This document shows, one piece after another, positions 24,664 to 37,567 of a DNA stretch of 64,000 nt. The notes under the pieces are model-generated. The model did no database searches, was not told the origin of the DNA, and saw only the letters and a program-made list of their open reading frames with translations. The stretch is from Convolutriloba macropyga. Lineage: Eukaryota. Position 1 is the stretch's first letter. Each line of letters begins with the position of its first letter. The DNA lies in contig NC_134473.1 of the NCBI RefSeq assembly GCF_964194025.1, forward strand, positions 70,866,001-70,930,000. Reading direction: 5' to 3'. The position numbers and the translations under genes were made by a program.

Positions 24664-26309
24664 AATGGACTAACGTCGGGCGAATTGCTCTCAAACGACC
24701 AGCGAGCGGTTGGCTTCGTCAACAACTAGCCACGGTTTAGTGTCCTCAGGGATTGAACACAAAATTTTTTTTGTACCTTTTTGTCCCGTTTCTGAATACA
24801 AAAGTCAAATGAGTCAGACGAGAAATGGGCCAAGCGAAAAATTGCATAAAAGACAACCAGGATTAATATATTTGCTACAAATTGCTTTTGAGAGCCCTTA
24901 ACAATGGTTTACTTAAAGTGTCTGTTAGATCATTTATGATAAAAAACATTTCAACTATAACTCATTGATAATGAGGATCAAAGATGGAGACGTTACGCCA
25001 CATAACAGCAGCTGATGTGCGGAATCAACAAAAAAGAGAGAGAGAGATAAACCGTGAACGAGAAAGAGAAGGGAAGTAACGCTAACCGAAAGAGAGAAGG
25101 AGACAGGAATATCTTTCATGATTGGATTTGACACTGCAACTTCTAGTTTTCTAAGCGTTGAGGAGGTCCCAGGGCCTCTGTTGCATGAAAAAAAAATCAA
25201 AAATGAAAAAATTGCAAGTTTTTTCTAAAAATTGCTTAAATTCGTGATTTTGAAATCTTACAGAACATTCCATTACATCTACAAAATATACAGTAACATA
25301 CTATCAAACCCTAGAGGAAATTCCTTGGTCCTTGAGAATAGAGAAACCTAAAAAATAACAAAAAATTTCGAAAAATTAGCATGTTTTATAAAAAAATTGC
25401 AAAAACAAATGATTATAAAAAGTTGAAAATTAACCCACTGCCAACAAATTTTTTCCAGTAACTTCTTATCAAAACTTAATGGAGGTTTTTTGACCCTTGA
25501 GGCTCAAAAAAATTGAATAATGACTATAAATTTTAAAAAATTGGAAGAAAATGGCAAAAAATATCAAAAATATGCTAATATTCGGTGATGTTAAACACTT
25601 GCAGTACATTCCATTTAAACTAGAAAATATTCAGTAACTTATTTTCAAACCTTAGAGGAGGTTCTTGGCTCTTAAGGCTGGAAAATTAAAAAAAACGAAA
25701 AAAATTTCACAAAAATACTTGATAAAAAAGCAAGTTTTATCAAAAAATTGCTCAAACTTGTGACATTAAAAAGCTGAAAAACTATTCCATGAACATTAAA
25801 AATTTGTCGGTAAATTATTATCAAACCCCATAGTATGTTTTCTGGCCCCTGGGTCTGAAAAGACCTGAATAAGGAAAAAAATGTCAAAAAATTTGAAAAA
25901 CTTGCACATTTTGTCAAAAGATTGGTAAAATTCGTGATGTTACCCCGGTGCACCGGGGGCTGATTGGGGGGGGGGGGGGGGGAGGGGCAACACTAGGGTG
26001 GGGGGGGGCAACACTGGGGTAGGGGTGGGCAATAGGGGGGTGGGGGGTCAACAGTGGGGGTGTCTTCAACCTCTAAGAACCGCCCTTCACACCATAAGTA
26101 TAAGTATAAATCTCCAAAGCAGTTTGAGCTGAAACAGAGTTGAAAGGCTCTAAGAGCACTTAATGCCCGCTGGGTGCTACCTGTTTATCCCGTTTTTGAG
26201 GACGAAAAGTCAAAAGCGTCAGACAAAAAACCGGTCAAGCGAAAAATGGCATTAAAAAAGACCGACAGGACTAATATAATTGCTACAAACTTCGTTTGAG
26301 AGCAATTAA
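24664..26309 (-). mobile_element. Composite family A unit: short A copy + extension + ~170-176 bp satellite + G-rich A right arm
   Basis: A ends at 24664-24901; extension shared with 42359-; TATCAAACC-like markers at ~25303, 25467, 25643, 25819; A right arm 25943-26309 ending TCGTTTGAGAGCAATT. Confidence 0.7.
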
Positions 26310-27080
26310 AAAGCCTTAACATATCTCTGAAGCGATCAATTCAGTTTTTAAAGAGCTTTTATAAATTTTGTATCTCAAGGCAAAACATATAGATTGTACA
26401 AAAAAGTCTTCACAGACAAAGTGGGCCTGCTATAAAGTTTCTGACCCATATTACATTTGGATGGGAAAACTTACTAAAATGAGTAATAACTTAAGCTTTG
26501 ATTGACCAAAAAGTTGAAAATTAGTTCTAAAATGACCAAAACGAATGAGTTTTTTGCAATAAAATTGTTTGCAGACATCAAATTATCAGCACCTGTATTG
26601 CTGTCAATTATGCTTCATCCCTCATCGATTTAAATTACGCTTAAAACTCTTTTATAATTGCTCGAGTACGGATGAAAAAAATTGGAGCCTTAAATTAAAA
26701 TAATTTGGTGACGCTAATGTGGTTCATACATTGTTCTTGGCGTATTTTTTTAAAAGGATGACAATGATTATTGAAACAGTAAGCTACAAAGCTTGAGTCA
26801 ACACGAGTGTATTCTCTGATGTACTCTTATAATCGATATCAAATCAACAAAAATAAGAGCCAAATATACATGAATTTTTATTTTTGCTTTAAACGTTTTC
26901 AAATCAGCCTTGCAGTAAATTCAAACATTTTAACTCTATGCGTCAAATGTTTTCGAATTTTCTCTTTCAAATCGTCTTTTGAAAAGGCATTTGAGCGCGC
27001 TTAAGAACGTAGCTGTATAATCTACATGCGTGATTTACTTTAACTAATGCTCGCAAAATTGCATTAATATTGCTGAAAAG

Positions 27081-27121
27081 TTACCACAAGTGAACTCTTT
27101 GTTTTCTATTTATGTCTGCAG
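27081..27121 (+). CDS. Short exon of gene A (LTTSELFVFYLCLQ)
   Basis: AAG acceptor, CAG|GTATGC donor, phase 1 to phase 0; links exons 13964-14084 and 27214-27392 in frame. Confidence 0.55.
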
Positions 27122-27213
27122 GTATGCATTATTAGTACGACGGGTCATCATTTATGAAAAGTCGGATGTTTTGCATTACAAGACCTTGTTGACTTAATTT
27201 TGCATCGTAACAG

Positions 27214-27392
27214 AGGTTATTGTGTACACCTAACAAACACCTGGTCAATCGAGACGAAATGGTGATAAAAATAGACTCCACCGAGTACAAGGAGTCATTT
27301 GATGAGGTATTGGGAGACGGGGTGAACAGAATGCTGCGCTATTACGTCACATGGCGCACAGAAAGAGACAAATTAGACCAAAACCCTGACGA
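27214..27392 (+). CDS. Exon of gene A (RLLCTPNKHLVNRDEMV...DKLDQNPD)
   Basis: CAG acceptor, 179 nt open, GTGAGT donor, phase 0 to phase 2; GC-richer than the flanks. Confidence 0.75.
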
Positions 27393-27502
27393 GTGAGTAC
27401 CCCGGGATTTAGACTCGGATTCAGAATTGCAAGTCTTGACCAAGACATGCGGCACAAGACTGGCAATGGTAAAAAGTGACATGATCATAGCTCTGAATCA
27501 GT

Positions 27503-27658
27503 ACTGATATTATTCTTGCAATTAGACTTGCCCAGTACTGATATTGACTTGCTGTTAGCTCCGGGCCATTAACTAAACAGCTGTATAGTTAATGGCCCGG
27601 ACCTAACGGCGAGTCAATATCAGTATTGGGCAAGTCTAATTGCCAGACTAATATCAGT
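27503..27658. repeat. 156-bp zero-spacer imperfect palindrome
   Basis: 78-bp arms centred on ACAG|CTGT (27580/27581), e.g. TCCGGGCCATTAACTA / TAGTTAATGGCCCGGA. Confidence 0.95.
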
Positions 27659-27767
27659 TAATTTTTTTCCGCGGCAAATCAGAATATGCAGTATAAAAAT
27701 TTTTTTCAAATAATTGTTTCCAATTCCGATCATTGCGGTCATTTTTTTTGCATTATTGATATCAGAA

Positions 27768-27831
27768 TTTAATCGGAGTTCTCGATTGGGGTAGTTACTA
27801 GTAACTACCCTAATCGAGAACTCCGATTAAA
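27768..27831. repeat. 64-bp zero-spacer palindrome, one mismatch
   Basis: TTTAATCGGAGTTCTCGATTGGGGTAGTTACT|AGTAACTACCCTAATCGAGAACTCCGATTAAA. Confidence 0.97.
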
Positions 27832-30800
27832 ATTCCATAATGGAGATTGTTTCTTTAAACTATAATTCAAATCTTGTAAATACTTATAGCACTGACTTCT
27901 TGACCTGTTTTGACAAAGTACCCAGGTTTATGATGAAGTTTTAATTATTTGCAAATGAGGTTATCAAGTTTTTAAAATATTGTATCAGATTTGAAAACTT
28001 TATGTAACGATCCCACTGATTTTTCCAATTTCGTTTTTTACAGAGAGTTATCGAGGTTTAAAGTTTTGTGAATATTCGACAGTTTTTAATCACAATTTCC
28101 ATAATTTTTGCTGAAAATTTGGCTAACAATTGCTAATATAATTTGAAATAAGTTTGGATTTTTATTAATAGAGTGTGATTTTTACCGTTAGAGATAGAAT
28201 AGCGTTGCTGAATTGTTTGATTGCAGATTTTTGGGGCGAAAAACTATGATAAGATTTTCAAAATTCAGGTACTTTTCATCAAAATTTGCACAAAATACTC
28301 TTTTTTGGGCCACTTTGCTTAGGTTTAACAGAATTGGAGAGCTGTAAACCACTGACACAATCTCCGTAAACTTCAAAAGAGAGCTAGTTGAAATCCAGTG
28401 CCCTGCAAAATTCATCTGCAATTAAAATTTTGTCATTTTTTGCAAATTTAACTCGATAATTATACAATATGCACCATTCTTTTTTTCTTTTTGAAAATTT
28501 TAACTTACAAAATGGTTTAATACAAAACCAATTGGAAAACTTGGAGCGTTTGTTGGACCCGCGCCAAAATGAGGCATAGGTTTGATGTTACCATGGCTTT
28601 TAACAGTCACAAACACTTTTTTTTGTTTTGGTGCTGCCCTTTTTTCAAAAAAATTTTGCTTTTTTTGTTCTTTTATTGCTGATTGCTGACAAAACTTTCT
28701 TTTCACGGCTCCATTAATGAGAGCTCCTATTTACGCAAGAATGAGGTCAATTGTAGATGTAGTATTTTTTCGAAGAACCTAATGGTTTTTCATAGCTCTG
28801 AAGAAGAGTTTCAGTAGATGTTAAGTGAGTTCTGGTTTCTGGTATCTTGCCTTCAATTGTTTTTCTTACCTCTACAGTGCATTAGGTTATTATCTAATGT
28901 CTCTTATGGTATTGAAAATATTTGTTTTAAGAAGTTTTCATTGATTTCCGACAATTTTTTGTGTGAAACTTTTATCTTATTTATCTCAATTTTAGCTTAT
29001 TCTCAGTATATACAGGCCAAACCTTTTTTCGTATAAGATGCAAACGATTCCTTGCGGTGGTTTTTAATTTAAAAAACTGGCGTCCTGGTTTTGGTACTAA
29101 AAGTTTTCAAACAAAATATTGTGAATTTTGTTTATAATTGCCCATTGTCACTGTAGCGTTTCAAAATTCGTAATTAATTATATTTATTGTTTTCATAGCT
29201 TATTTTTTTAAGGGGTGCGACATCGTTCTCCTTCAGAATTCGGCATAGATTTTTTTTAAATTTTTGCCCTGTTAATCTTGTTGCTGTATATCAAAAATTG
29301 TGTAATGAAGGTCTCAATGGCTAACCATGGATATATAAATGAACTGATTAACTGATATCAGTATACAGCTAATGGATTTTATTTATTTTCAAATTGACTT
29401 TTTTCAAAAAAGTATAAGAATTCTTCACCTCATCATTTTTGTTTCATATTTGCTTTTTCATTTTTCACAGTTTTGCGTAATTTAGCGTCATTATTTTGTT
29501 AGTTTTCTTTGTTGAACCAAACAAAAATTTCTCTGTTGGTGAAAGCTTTTGACTAATGTCTTTAGGGATCAGACAATTTGTTTCAGAAGAATTTTGTGAG
29601 TTGTAGATACTTTTCCATTTTTGTGGTTCTTTTTTGTCATTTTGAGATAGTCGTTGTACAAAAAGACTTTATGATGTTCAAAAGAGACGCAAGCAAAAAC
29701 TTAGTATTCTCGGGTTTCGTATTTTATATATTCAATGGCTTCAACACTCACTGTAGTTTCGTAAAAATGTTTGTTAAATTTTCTTGTTCTGTTTGATTTA
29801 ATGTTATTTTGCAGTCTTATGATTTAGTCTCCCTAAAAGGGGGCACTAATAAAAGCAATTAGCTGTCGAAGAAATTGCAATAAAAAATGTCTACTCTTTT
29901 AGTCGAAAGCTTTTGTTGGCTATGGATTTTGAAAGTTATTGTTTTTATTAAAAAGCAACGGATTTTTGAGCTATGCCAATCTGATTTCTTTTAAATTTGT
30001 AGCTTAGTGTCTCTATCGAAAAGTCGCATTTCTCATCTATCGGACAAAATGTTGCTTTTTTAACGGTTTTGTTTTCTTTGTATGGTCTTTGTTTTTGGTA
30101 CAACGAATTTTCATAAAACATTAGTGATTTTTGCATATCCGCCAATTTCTGAAGATTTATTTTTTCTTTTCACAGTATCACAAGAATGGGCAGTCCTTTG
30201 GCCATTTGAAAAAAAACGCAATAAAAAATAGTTAATATCCTTAGTGAACAGCTTAACGTTTCATTTTTTGAGTGAATTTGGGATTTTTCTCTTTGCCTGT
30301 TTTCGTCGTTTTTTGTAGTCGCATGGAATATCCTGGATAATGAAAAGTCTGGCTCACTTTCTATTAAGGAATAATTTAATCTCTCCATGATTTGGGTTGA
30401 AGCATAATGTTTTAAATCACTTTTAAGTTAATTCTTTTCAAAAAAGCAACATTTTATTAAACTTTGCAATTTTGCTCATTTCTTGTGGACTTGTTAACAA
30501 GTCTCATTTAGGAAAAGTCCCATATATTTTCCAATGAAATACAGCTTACTTTTCTTTAGTATAAGTTTCATTTGCTGCCATTTTGATTTGGTTAATGGTG
30601 AATTTTAAAAAAATGGACGAGATTATGTTTAATGAATATTTATAATTATTTGAAGTTGTGCCGTATTTTCTGCTGGCAATTAAATGAGAGTTCTCATGGG
30701 CCCTATGATTTAGATTATTTTCTTCATATAGTAGTTTGTTGAACGACATGATAATTTTTTCAATCTCTTCGTCATTTGGTTACCAAATAAGCGAAAAATG

Positions 30801-32399
30801 CAGATGAGCGCGGTTGGAACTTTATGTGCAAACGCACATTAACTAGCCCCCTTGTTGCTAATTTCGGATTCCTTTACAGAAAATTTTGACGTTATTTAAG
30901 GAAAATTTTTTGGGATTTCTTTTTGCGGTTTAAATAAAGATGGTGTATAAATATGAGATACTTACAGATATTCAAAACAATTTAAAAGATTGCCACTCTA
31001 ACCAACCAAAAATAGTAAGAACAAGGAGATTCCTTTATATGCGATAGCAAATAAATTTTCGACCCTGCTGAATCACGCTTTTGTCTTTGTTGTCCACCAA
31101 GAGAGCAAAGAGAAAGAAAACTTTCAAAATTCCCTTATTGTTTAAAAAAAAAAGAGTTTTATCCACTTTAAAAATTGCTATAAGCTCTAACCAATATGCA
31201 GCTGAAACAATATCTCAAAAGAGAGTGTATAACTCTTTGATAACTACCATTAAGGAGAGTAGGAAATAAGACAAACAACAAATAAAACAACAAGCATTAA
31301 TTACAGCAAAAACTCAATGTCTGTTCATTTTTGTATTGTAAAAAATTGAAAAAAAAGCAATTTGCCAGAAAAGATATGAGAACTGTCTTTTTTGAGAACA
31401 ACTAACATGTAGACAGAAAAGGAAGAAAGGCAAGGAAGAAAACACGTTTACACATTTTGAAGACAATTGAGTTCAAAGTCATGAAAATAACTAGCTATCC
31501 GCTAAAATCTGTCAATGGCTTAATTTGTAATTTCAAAGCCTTTGAGACTTGTCAAAATCCAGAATGTCATACGACTATAAAAGGACAAAATTAGGGCAAA
31601 AATCAAGAATTCATTTCAAATTTGCGAGGAAACGGTGTCGAAGTATTTTATATCAATATCTATTTGACAAAAACTCCATTAATGTGATATGCGACTTGTC
31701 AATAATAAGCTTTTTATATGATGATTGGACAAACAACCAAAAGAAAACGTTACGATTGAAAAATGTCGAAAACAAATAATAAATTGTCCTATCAACGCCA
31801 AAAAGCGATTATTTAATTAAAAAACAACCATTAGGACCTCCTTATAAAATATTGAAAAAGAAGGCAACCTCTCTTTAATGAGACTACGCTAAAACGCTCC
31901 AAAAATGAATTAAATAGGCAAATATTGGAAATGTCATGATATTTTCAAAACAAGTTTTTCAAGCCATGAGTTATAACAACTGTCTCCAACTGAAAAATAC
32001 TAGATATAATAATTTTTTTCTGCTTTGAAGGAAGCCAATTGTTTATGTAATTGGTGAGACTAAGTCAAAAGATTACAAAAAAAATAAAAGAAGAATTCAG
32101 AATTTTGCGAGCATTTTTAGCAATTTTGCTAAAAATTTGTATGCTTTTCGCTGAAATTATTATGTATGTTCATTGTCCTCCCATTTGCCTAAAAAACTAA
32201 GTTTTCAATAGGTGATGTTTGAATTGAAACGATTCTGGTGTATAAGAAAAAAAAACAAAAAAAACTTTCAAAAAAAAGTATTTTTACTGCACCATAAAAT
32301 CCAAATAATTTTTGAGCAATAAAATTCCACAAATTGAACAAAACTAATCATGCTTTTATTGCTTCTCCCTTAAATTGGAAGGTGTACAAAATGTTACCG

Positions 32400-33420
32400 A
32401 ATTAGATGGGTTGGAGTAGAAATCCAAATGCGTCTCCACTGTAGAGTGCCGAAAGGATTAATGTCGCCGTAATCTCCTCGTGGGCCATCCTGGATAGATT
32501 TTGGTCTAGCAAAGCGGCAAAAGTCCTCGAGTTGTCTCACAAATCATGAAGACTCAAATACTTAGTGTCAAAATATGTTCCTTGCTGGTCCAATACTCAT
32601 CAGCGCAGGCAAGAGCCTGAGATGAGGGAGTTGAGGTAGAGCATTTACTGTGCCCTTGAAAAAAGGGAGCAAAAATGTAGTCGTCGGTGGGACCCTCTAG
32701 TGGCTCTTGAGGTCATATCTCGCCGACTTCTACCTGTTGGAAAGGTCTACAATGAGAGAAGGATGGTCCTACAGACTCGAAAATCAGCAAAGTAACGAAA
32801 GTGAAATTGACACTAGTAGATGAAGTTCGACCATTTAGTAGCAATTTGGCTAGACTCCAATGAAAGTCTATTGAGAACTCTATTCAGCCTGAACTACCTT
32901 GCCTGTAGGCAACTAAATTAGGGTTAGTAAGGTTGAGATGTAAGGGAGCTTGGGATGATTGCTACACAGTATGACTGAAAATTGATGAGTAGTGGATGGG
33001 AAAATTAAGTGTAATCCCTACGCACAATTAGAACCTAAGATAAAAATCTATTAGTAGGAAAAACTGTGAGAGGTCCAGACAATTGATTGATGTAATGATA
33101 GTCACAGAAATAACATCACAGTATAGTGTTGTGTCTGTGATATCGGAGCTCAAAAGATATGAGTGGCTACACTATGTGTCTGGTCCAGACAACATATGCT
33201 CTGCTATGTCCCGAAAGATGGTTTAAGGAGCCTTGAGGCTCACGGGACTGAACTTCTCAAAGAGCTGCACCCCAGACAGTCTTTGCGCCAATGCACTGGT
33301 CTTCATGGCATGGAACAAGTTCCTCTAAAGGTCTAATGACTAAATAACTGAGGCATCGGCCAAAGCTGAGGTGCACCGAATTTGGTAATATGTCCAGAAA
33401 GTCATTATATCAAAAATGAA
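32400..33420 (+). pseudogene. Possible highly decayed non-LTR retrotransposon fragment
   Basis: GC-richer island. One frame reads EITSQYSVVSVISELKR...SGPDNI (~33105-33200), like the GPDGI motif preceding LINE RT. No other motif was recognised. Confidence 0.3.
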
Positions 33421-34848
33421 TTGTCATTTAGGGACACTTATCGAGTAATATTAACAAAAAGGCATTATGTATCAACTTAAGGCATTAGATAGTTTTTTAA
33501 TAGCTTCCTAGATAACCAGTTAGAATTTTGAATGATTTAGTCATATGATTACAAAAAAGACATCAAATGCTGGAAAATCTCACGAATTCCTTAAAAAATG
33601 GGGAAAACAATTTGTCAGAGCCAGAAAAACCATAAGTTTTACTCATAAAACATAGTATCGTTTCATTGGATCTTATTGGATTATTAAATGACCTCTCGTT
33701 AATGGCACCTTAAAGAAATACTTAATAATTGTGATGAAAAAGTTCCACAAAATAATTCAAAGAAGACCGACCCAAGATGCCACCCGAATCCTTTTTCATC
33801 GAAAAACTGAACGAAGAGATCAGAACTTGCCTTGCCATCACTGCACGCCTGTTAAAAGAGCAATTGTTCTAAAATTTTTCAAAATAGTTTTTGGCAAAAA
33901 AAATCTTAATATATCAGAAACAATCTATTTTTTTAAAAAATATATATTGGTTCAATTTGAATGAAGACTACAAAAATGTGTTTTCCAGAAGGTTTTATTT
34001 GGAACCGGAGGCACAACTAATCCATATCTGAGTTAAGAAAGATTGTTCAGCAGTTTTAGTACCTGCATGACCGGTCAAGTTGGCAGAATGGGCCAAACAT
34101 GCATAATTGATGCCATTTTTATGAAAGAAAAGAAAAAACTGAAATTTCAAAAATTTACCTGAAAGCACTGCCAAAAAAGTGGGTTCTAACAATTCACCAA
34201 CTCTCTTCTATCTTTAAACGTAAAACCAATGAGACTATTGTTAACATTTTTGTCATATTTTAAAAATTACGAAAAATGTGAACAAAACGACAGAAGTTAG
34301 GCTAACGTTCGCAATTCGTTTAACCTCCGTAACTTCTCGGAAAAAGTGAAAAAAATTATGAAACTGAGAATGTGCGCTTGACAAGGTTTCTTGTGATACC
34401 ACTCACAACTCTCTACGATGATTATATCGATCGGCGAAAATTGACTGAGCAAAAAAAACCAGTTGATTATAGAGTTCCCCTCCCCCACTAAAGTGGTTCG
34501 GAACAAACAAGAAAAATATTGGAACTTGGATATTCTTATCTTTATAATAACATTAGTCAAAGAAACATTCGTTTAAATAAGCTTCTTTTCCTCACATGTA
34601 GGGTAAACAGGAGACCTTAATTTCACTGTTAAAGTAAATCAATCGAAATTCATTATAACCAATTTTCTTACAATCGTATATAATTGAATATTATGTAACT
34701 TAATGAATTAACTTCTTCAAAATTATACCATCAGAGAAAATGGATTATAGTTCCTAACTTGTATGCCATAAAATTATGATCCGAATGATATCTTTGCTAA
34801 CCACGTACAGGTGCCTATTTATCATAACAGTCGAATGATTTATTCCAG

Positions 34849-35294
34849 ATTTGACGCTGGAGCCGAAGAGCTGCTTCGAGAAAACCTCATTTCAAAGGTC
34901 ATTGCAATCCAACAATTATTCGAACAGCCAAAACGACCAAAATTTGCAAAACAGTGGACAGAGAAACGACTGAACATGATCAAAAATATGGGCCAAATTC
35001 AGGCTATCTTAAAAATGATGAGCACAGACAAAAAGAAAAAGAAACGAAAATCTAAAAAACCTAAAGTTAACTTAATTCCAGTTGCAAATGAGAAACAGAA
35101 AACGTTGCCCGAGGGTTTCATCAACACTTCAAAATTGTTGCCCAGAGTTGACATGAAGTCAATGGAGACTAGAAGTTTCAGGCGGTCAAGGGAAAGGGAA
35201 ACAAGTCTGATTGACATCTATGTTGAAAAGGAACACATGAAGAAACAAGCCATTTTGGAGCACAGAACGGGATTGAGGCCCATTTTGAAAATAG
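34849..35294 (+). CDS. Exon of gene A (FDAGAEELLREN...LRPILKI) with a basic KKKKKRKSKK stretch
   Basis: Inside ORF 34811-35302. The TTATTCCAG acceptor gives a phase-2 join (GA+A = Glu). Ends at an AG|GCAAGT GC donor, phase 1. Confidence 0.75.
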
Positions 35295-35702
35295 GCAAGT
35301 AATACCTCCTAATAGCCCGTGTTGCTCATCATAATTGTTTCTTAATTAACAATCATACAAAGTCATATATAACTTGTATGAAATCTTGACATTCATACTA
35401 AGATCATAAGAAAAATTAACTTATCCTCAAAAAAATTGCACAGCAACACTTCCTACCATAAGATCATCTAGAAAGTGAACAAAGGACCAAAAGACGCTTT
35501 TAGTTTTCTAGTTTTCGTCTAATTTCTGTGAGCTTTCCCAAAAGCTAAGTGATTGTACTGTTTTCAAAATTGTTGAAATGGTTGAAAGTTTGAATTGCTA
35601 TCCCAGAGAATCGAAACTTGATACATTTTGGTAAAAGCATACTAAAACATTATAAATCTTGCCAATACCGTGATAGGGTGCATGGTAAGATGACTTCAAG
35701 AT

Positions 35703-35846
35703 ATGTTAAAACACTCACGTGCACATTTTAAAATGCCGAAAGTCTGCAGTGCCAGAAGTCAAAATGCCAGAAGTTGCTACTTAGCCAGAAGTTGACTTCC
35801 ATTGAGTTTCGTCATTTTAAACGTGCGCGTTTCGTGTTTTAAGCAT
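35703..35846. repeat. Inverted-repeat (MITE-like) segment with CCAGAAGT subrepeats
   Basis: TTAAAACACTCACGTGCACATTTTAAAATGCCGAAA pairs imperfectly with TTTCGTCATTTTAAACGTGCGCGTTTCGTGTTTTAA. Confidence 0.6.
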
Positions 35847-36534
35847 GGTTAAGTGACTCGAAATTCGAACTTCTGACTTAATATCTCGAACCGTTTCGCG
35901 GTTCTCAATAAACGCCAGAAGTTCTCAGTGACTTCAAGCAGAGTCACTTAACGATTACTTTAAACTTCCATGATCTTTGCACGGACATCAAGAAACAAGA
36001 TCTTGGCAAGATAAGCAAGAAAAGTTACATGGCAAGAAATACCAAATTGCATGGTTCAATCGAGAGTTAATAAATAAAATCGATGTTCTGAGAAAATTTA
36101 AATTCGAAAGTTGCCCCGACAGGAATACCAGAAATGCTTCCTTCCCGGGTGGTATCCAGTTTTAAATGATGCTTTTGAACCCTCTTAAGGACACGAAAAT
36201 CCAGTCGATTGCAATAGTAAGTTGCACAACGTATTATGCAGAAAAGCTACTGTAAATGCAAAAAAAACATGCTCATAAAAAAACAAAATTTTGCAAAAAA
36301 AAATCCAAAATAAACTTTTTTCTCTACTAAGGGCTATGGACATAAGTTTATGTCAACGGGGAAATAAAAACAAATCCCGCTACTACCAGTTAACACCATA
36401 CTTTAACATTTTGCCAAATGAAGCACTCTTCGTCTATAACTAGCAAGAAAAGCTAGCAGACGCTAACATGGTTTTAGATTTGTTTACATTTGCAATCAGT
36501 TTATATATGTTTTTTCCATGTACTATTTTGTCAG

Positions 36535-37160
36535 ATTTTACCGAACATACACCACTGCCAATTAGCACCCAATGGACGAAACTGCCTATGGCCAAATATT
36601 CTCTCGAACTTGAGGACGAAAACACTGCCACCTCTCCGAAACCCCCTCAAGACCCACAAAAAACATCAGGAAGCCGAACACCTTCAAGGTTATCAGTACA
36701 AAAGTCCAGACAAAACTCAGCCAGAAAAAGTATAACCCACCGAGATAGCGTGTCGAGACAAAGCGCCACAAGTCGCAAGGGGTCTAAAAACATGCTTTCA
36801 GTCACAGACATGCCTGATTTGAAGACAGCGCCTTCGAATTTTTCAAACAAGCGCGGATCTAAAGCCATCGGGCGCAACAGTTTAATGGTTCCCGGGTTCA
36901 ATTTCGAAGCTATTGACGAAGAAAGTGTGTTCGACTATTCAGACACGGACACTACGAATTCACCCTCACTCCGACGAGAATCAATTTCGGTTTTGAAGTC
37001 GTCAAGGTTTCCTGAGAAACAAAGCAGGATGGGAAACAGGAGTTTCAAAGACGAGCCGGATGGACTTGGCGCTGAAGTTTCAAAAGACGGTGCCTCTGAG
37101 GTGAAAGAGGTGATAGAAATTGACAGGAGTCGCTACTATCGCAACTGGTGGAAAAAGAAG
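36535..37160 (+). CDS. Large exon of gene A, Ser/Arg/Lys-rich and probably disordered
   Basis: Inside the 243-aa ORF 36468-37199; TTTTGTCAG acceptor in phase 1 (G+AT = Asp); AAG|GTAGCA candidate donor. Confidence 0.75.
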
Positions 37161-37567
37161 GTAGCATGCAACGTGCAGTTTGAATCCGTTTTCTTCTAGT
37201 CTAAAACCGGCTGTTATTTTTTAATATCTTGCAAGATAACCATCTTTTTGAAGGATCCCCCCCCCAACCAGTTGAAGTGGAAACGAGTTATTTTCAGCAC
37301 CCTAAGTTCCACCAAAGTTCTTTTAAAACATAATGTCTTTTAGTAATAGTCTTTTAGTACATAATGTTTTAAAACATTCTAGAAGCTCTTGAAAATTGAC
37401 ACCAAAAAATGTAGCCTCCGAATCACCCTAACACTAACCCAAATACATTTTCATTTTAAGTTTGGAAAATTTTCAAAAAAAAGTTATTTTTCCGTCTTCT
37501 CCAGTTTCGATAATACTGTTATATTAACAGAAAAACAAACGAACGCTGACCTTTCTTGGTCTCTCAG

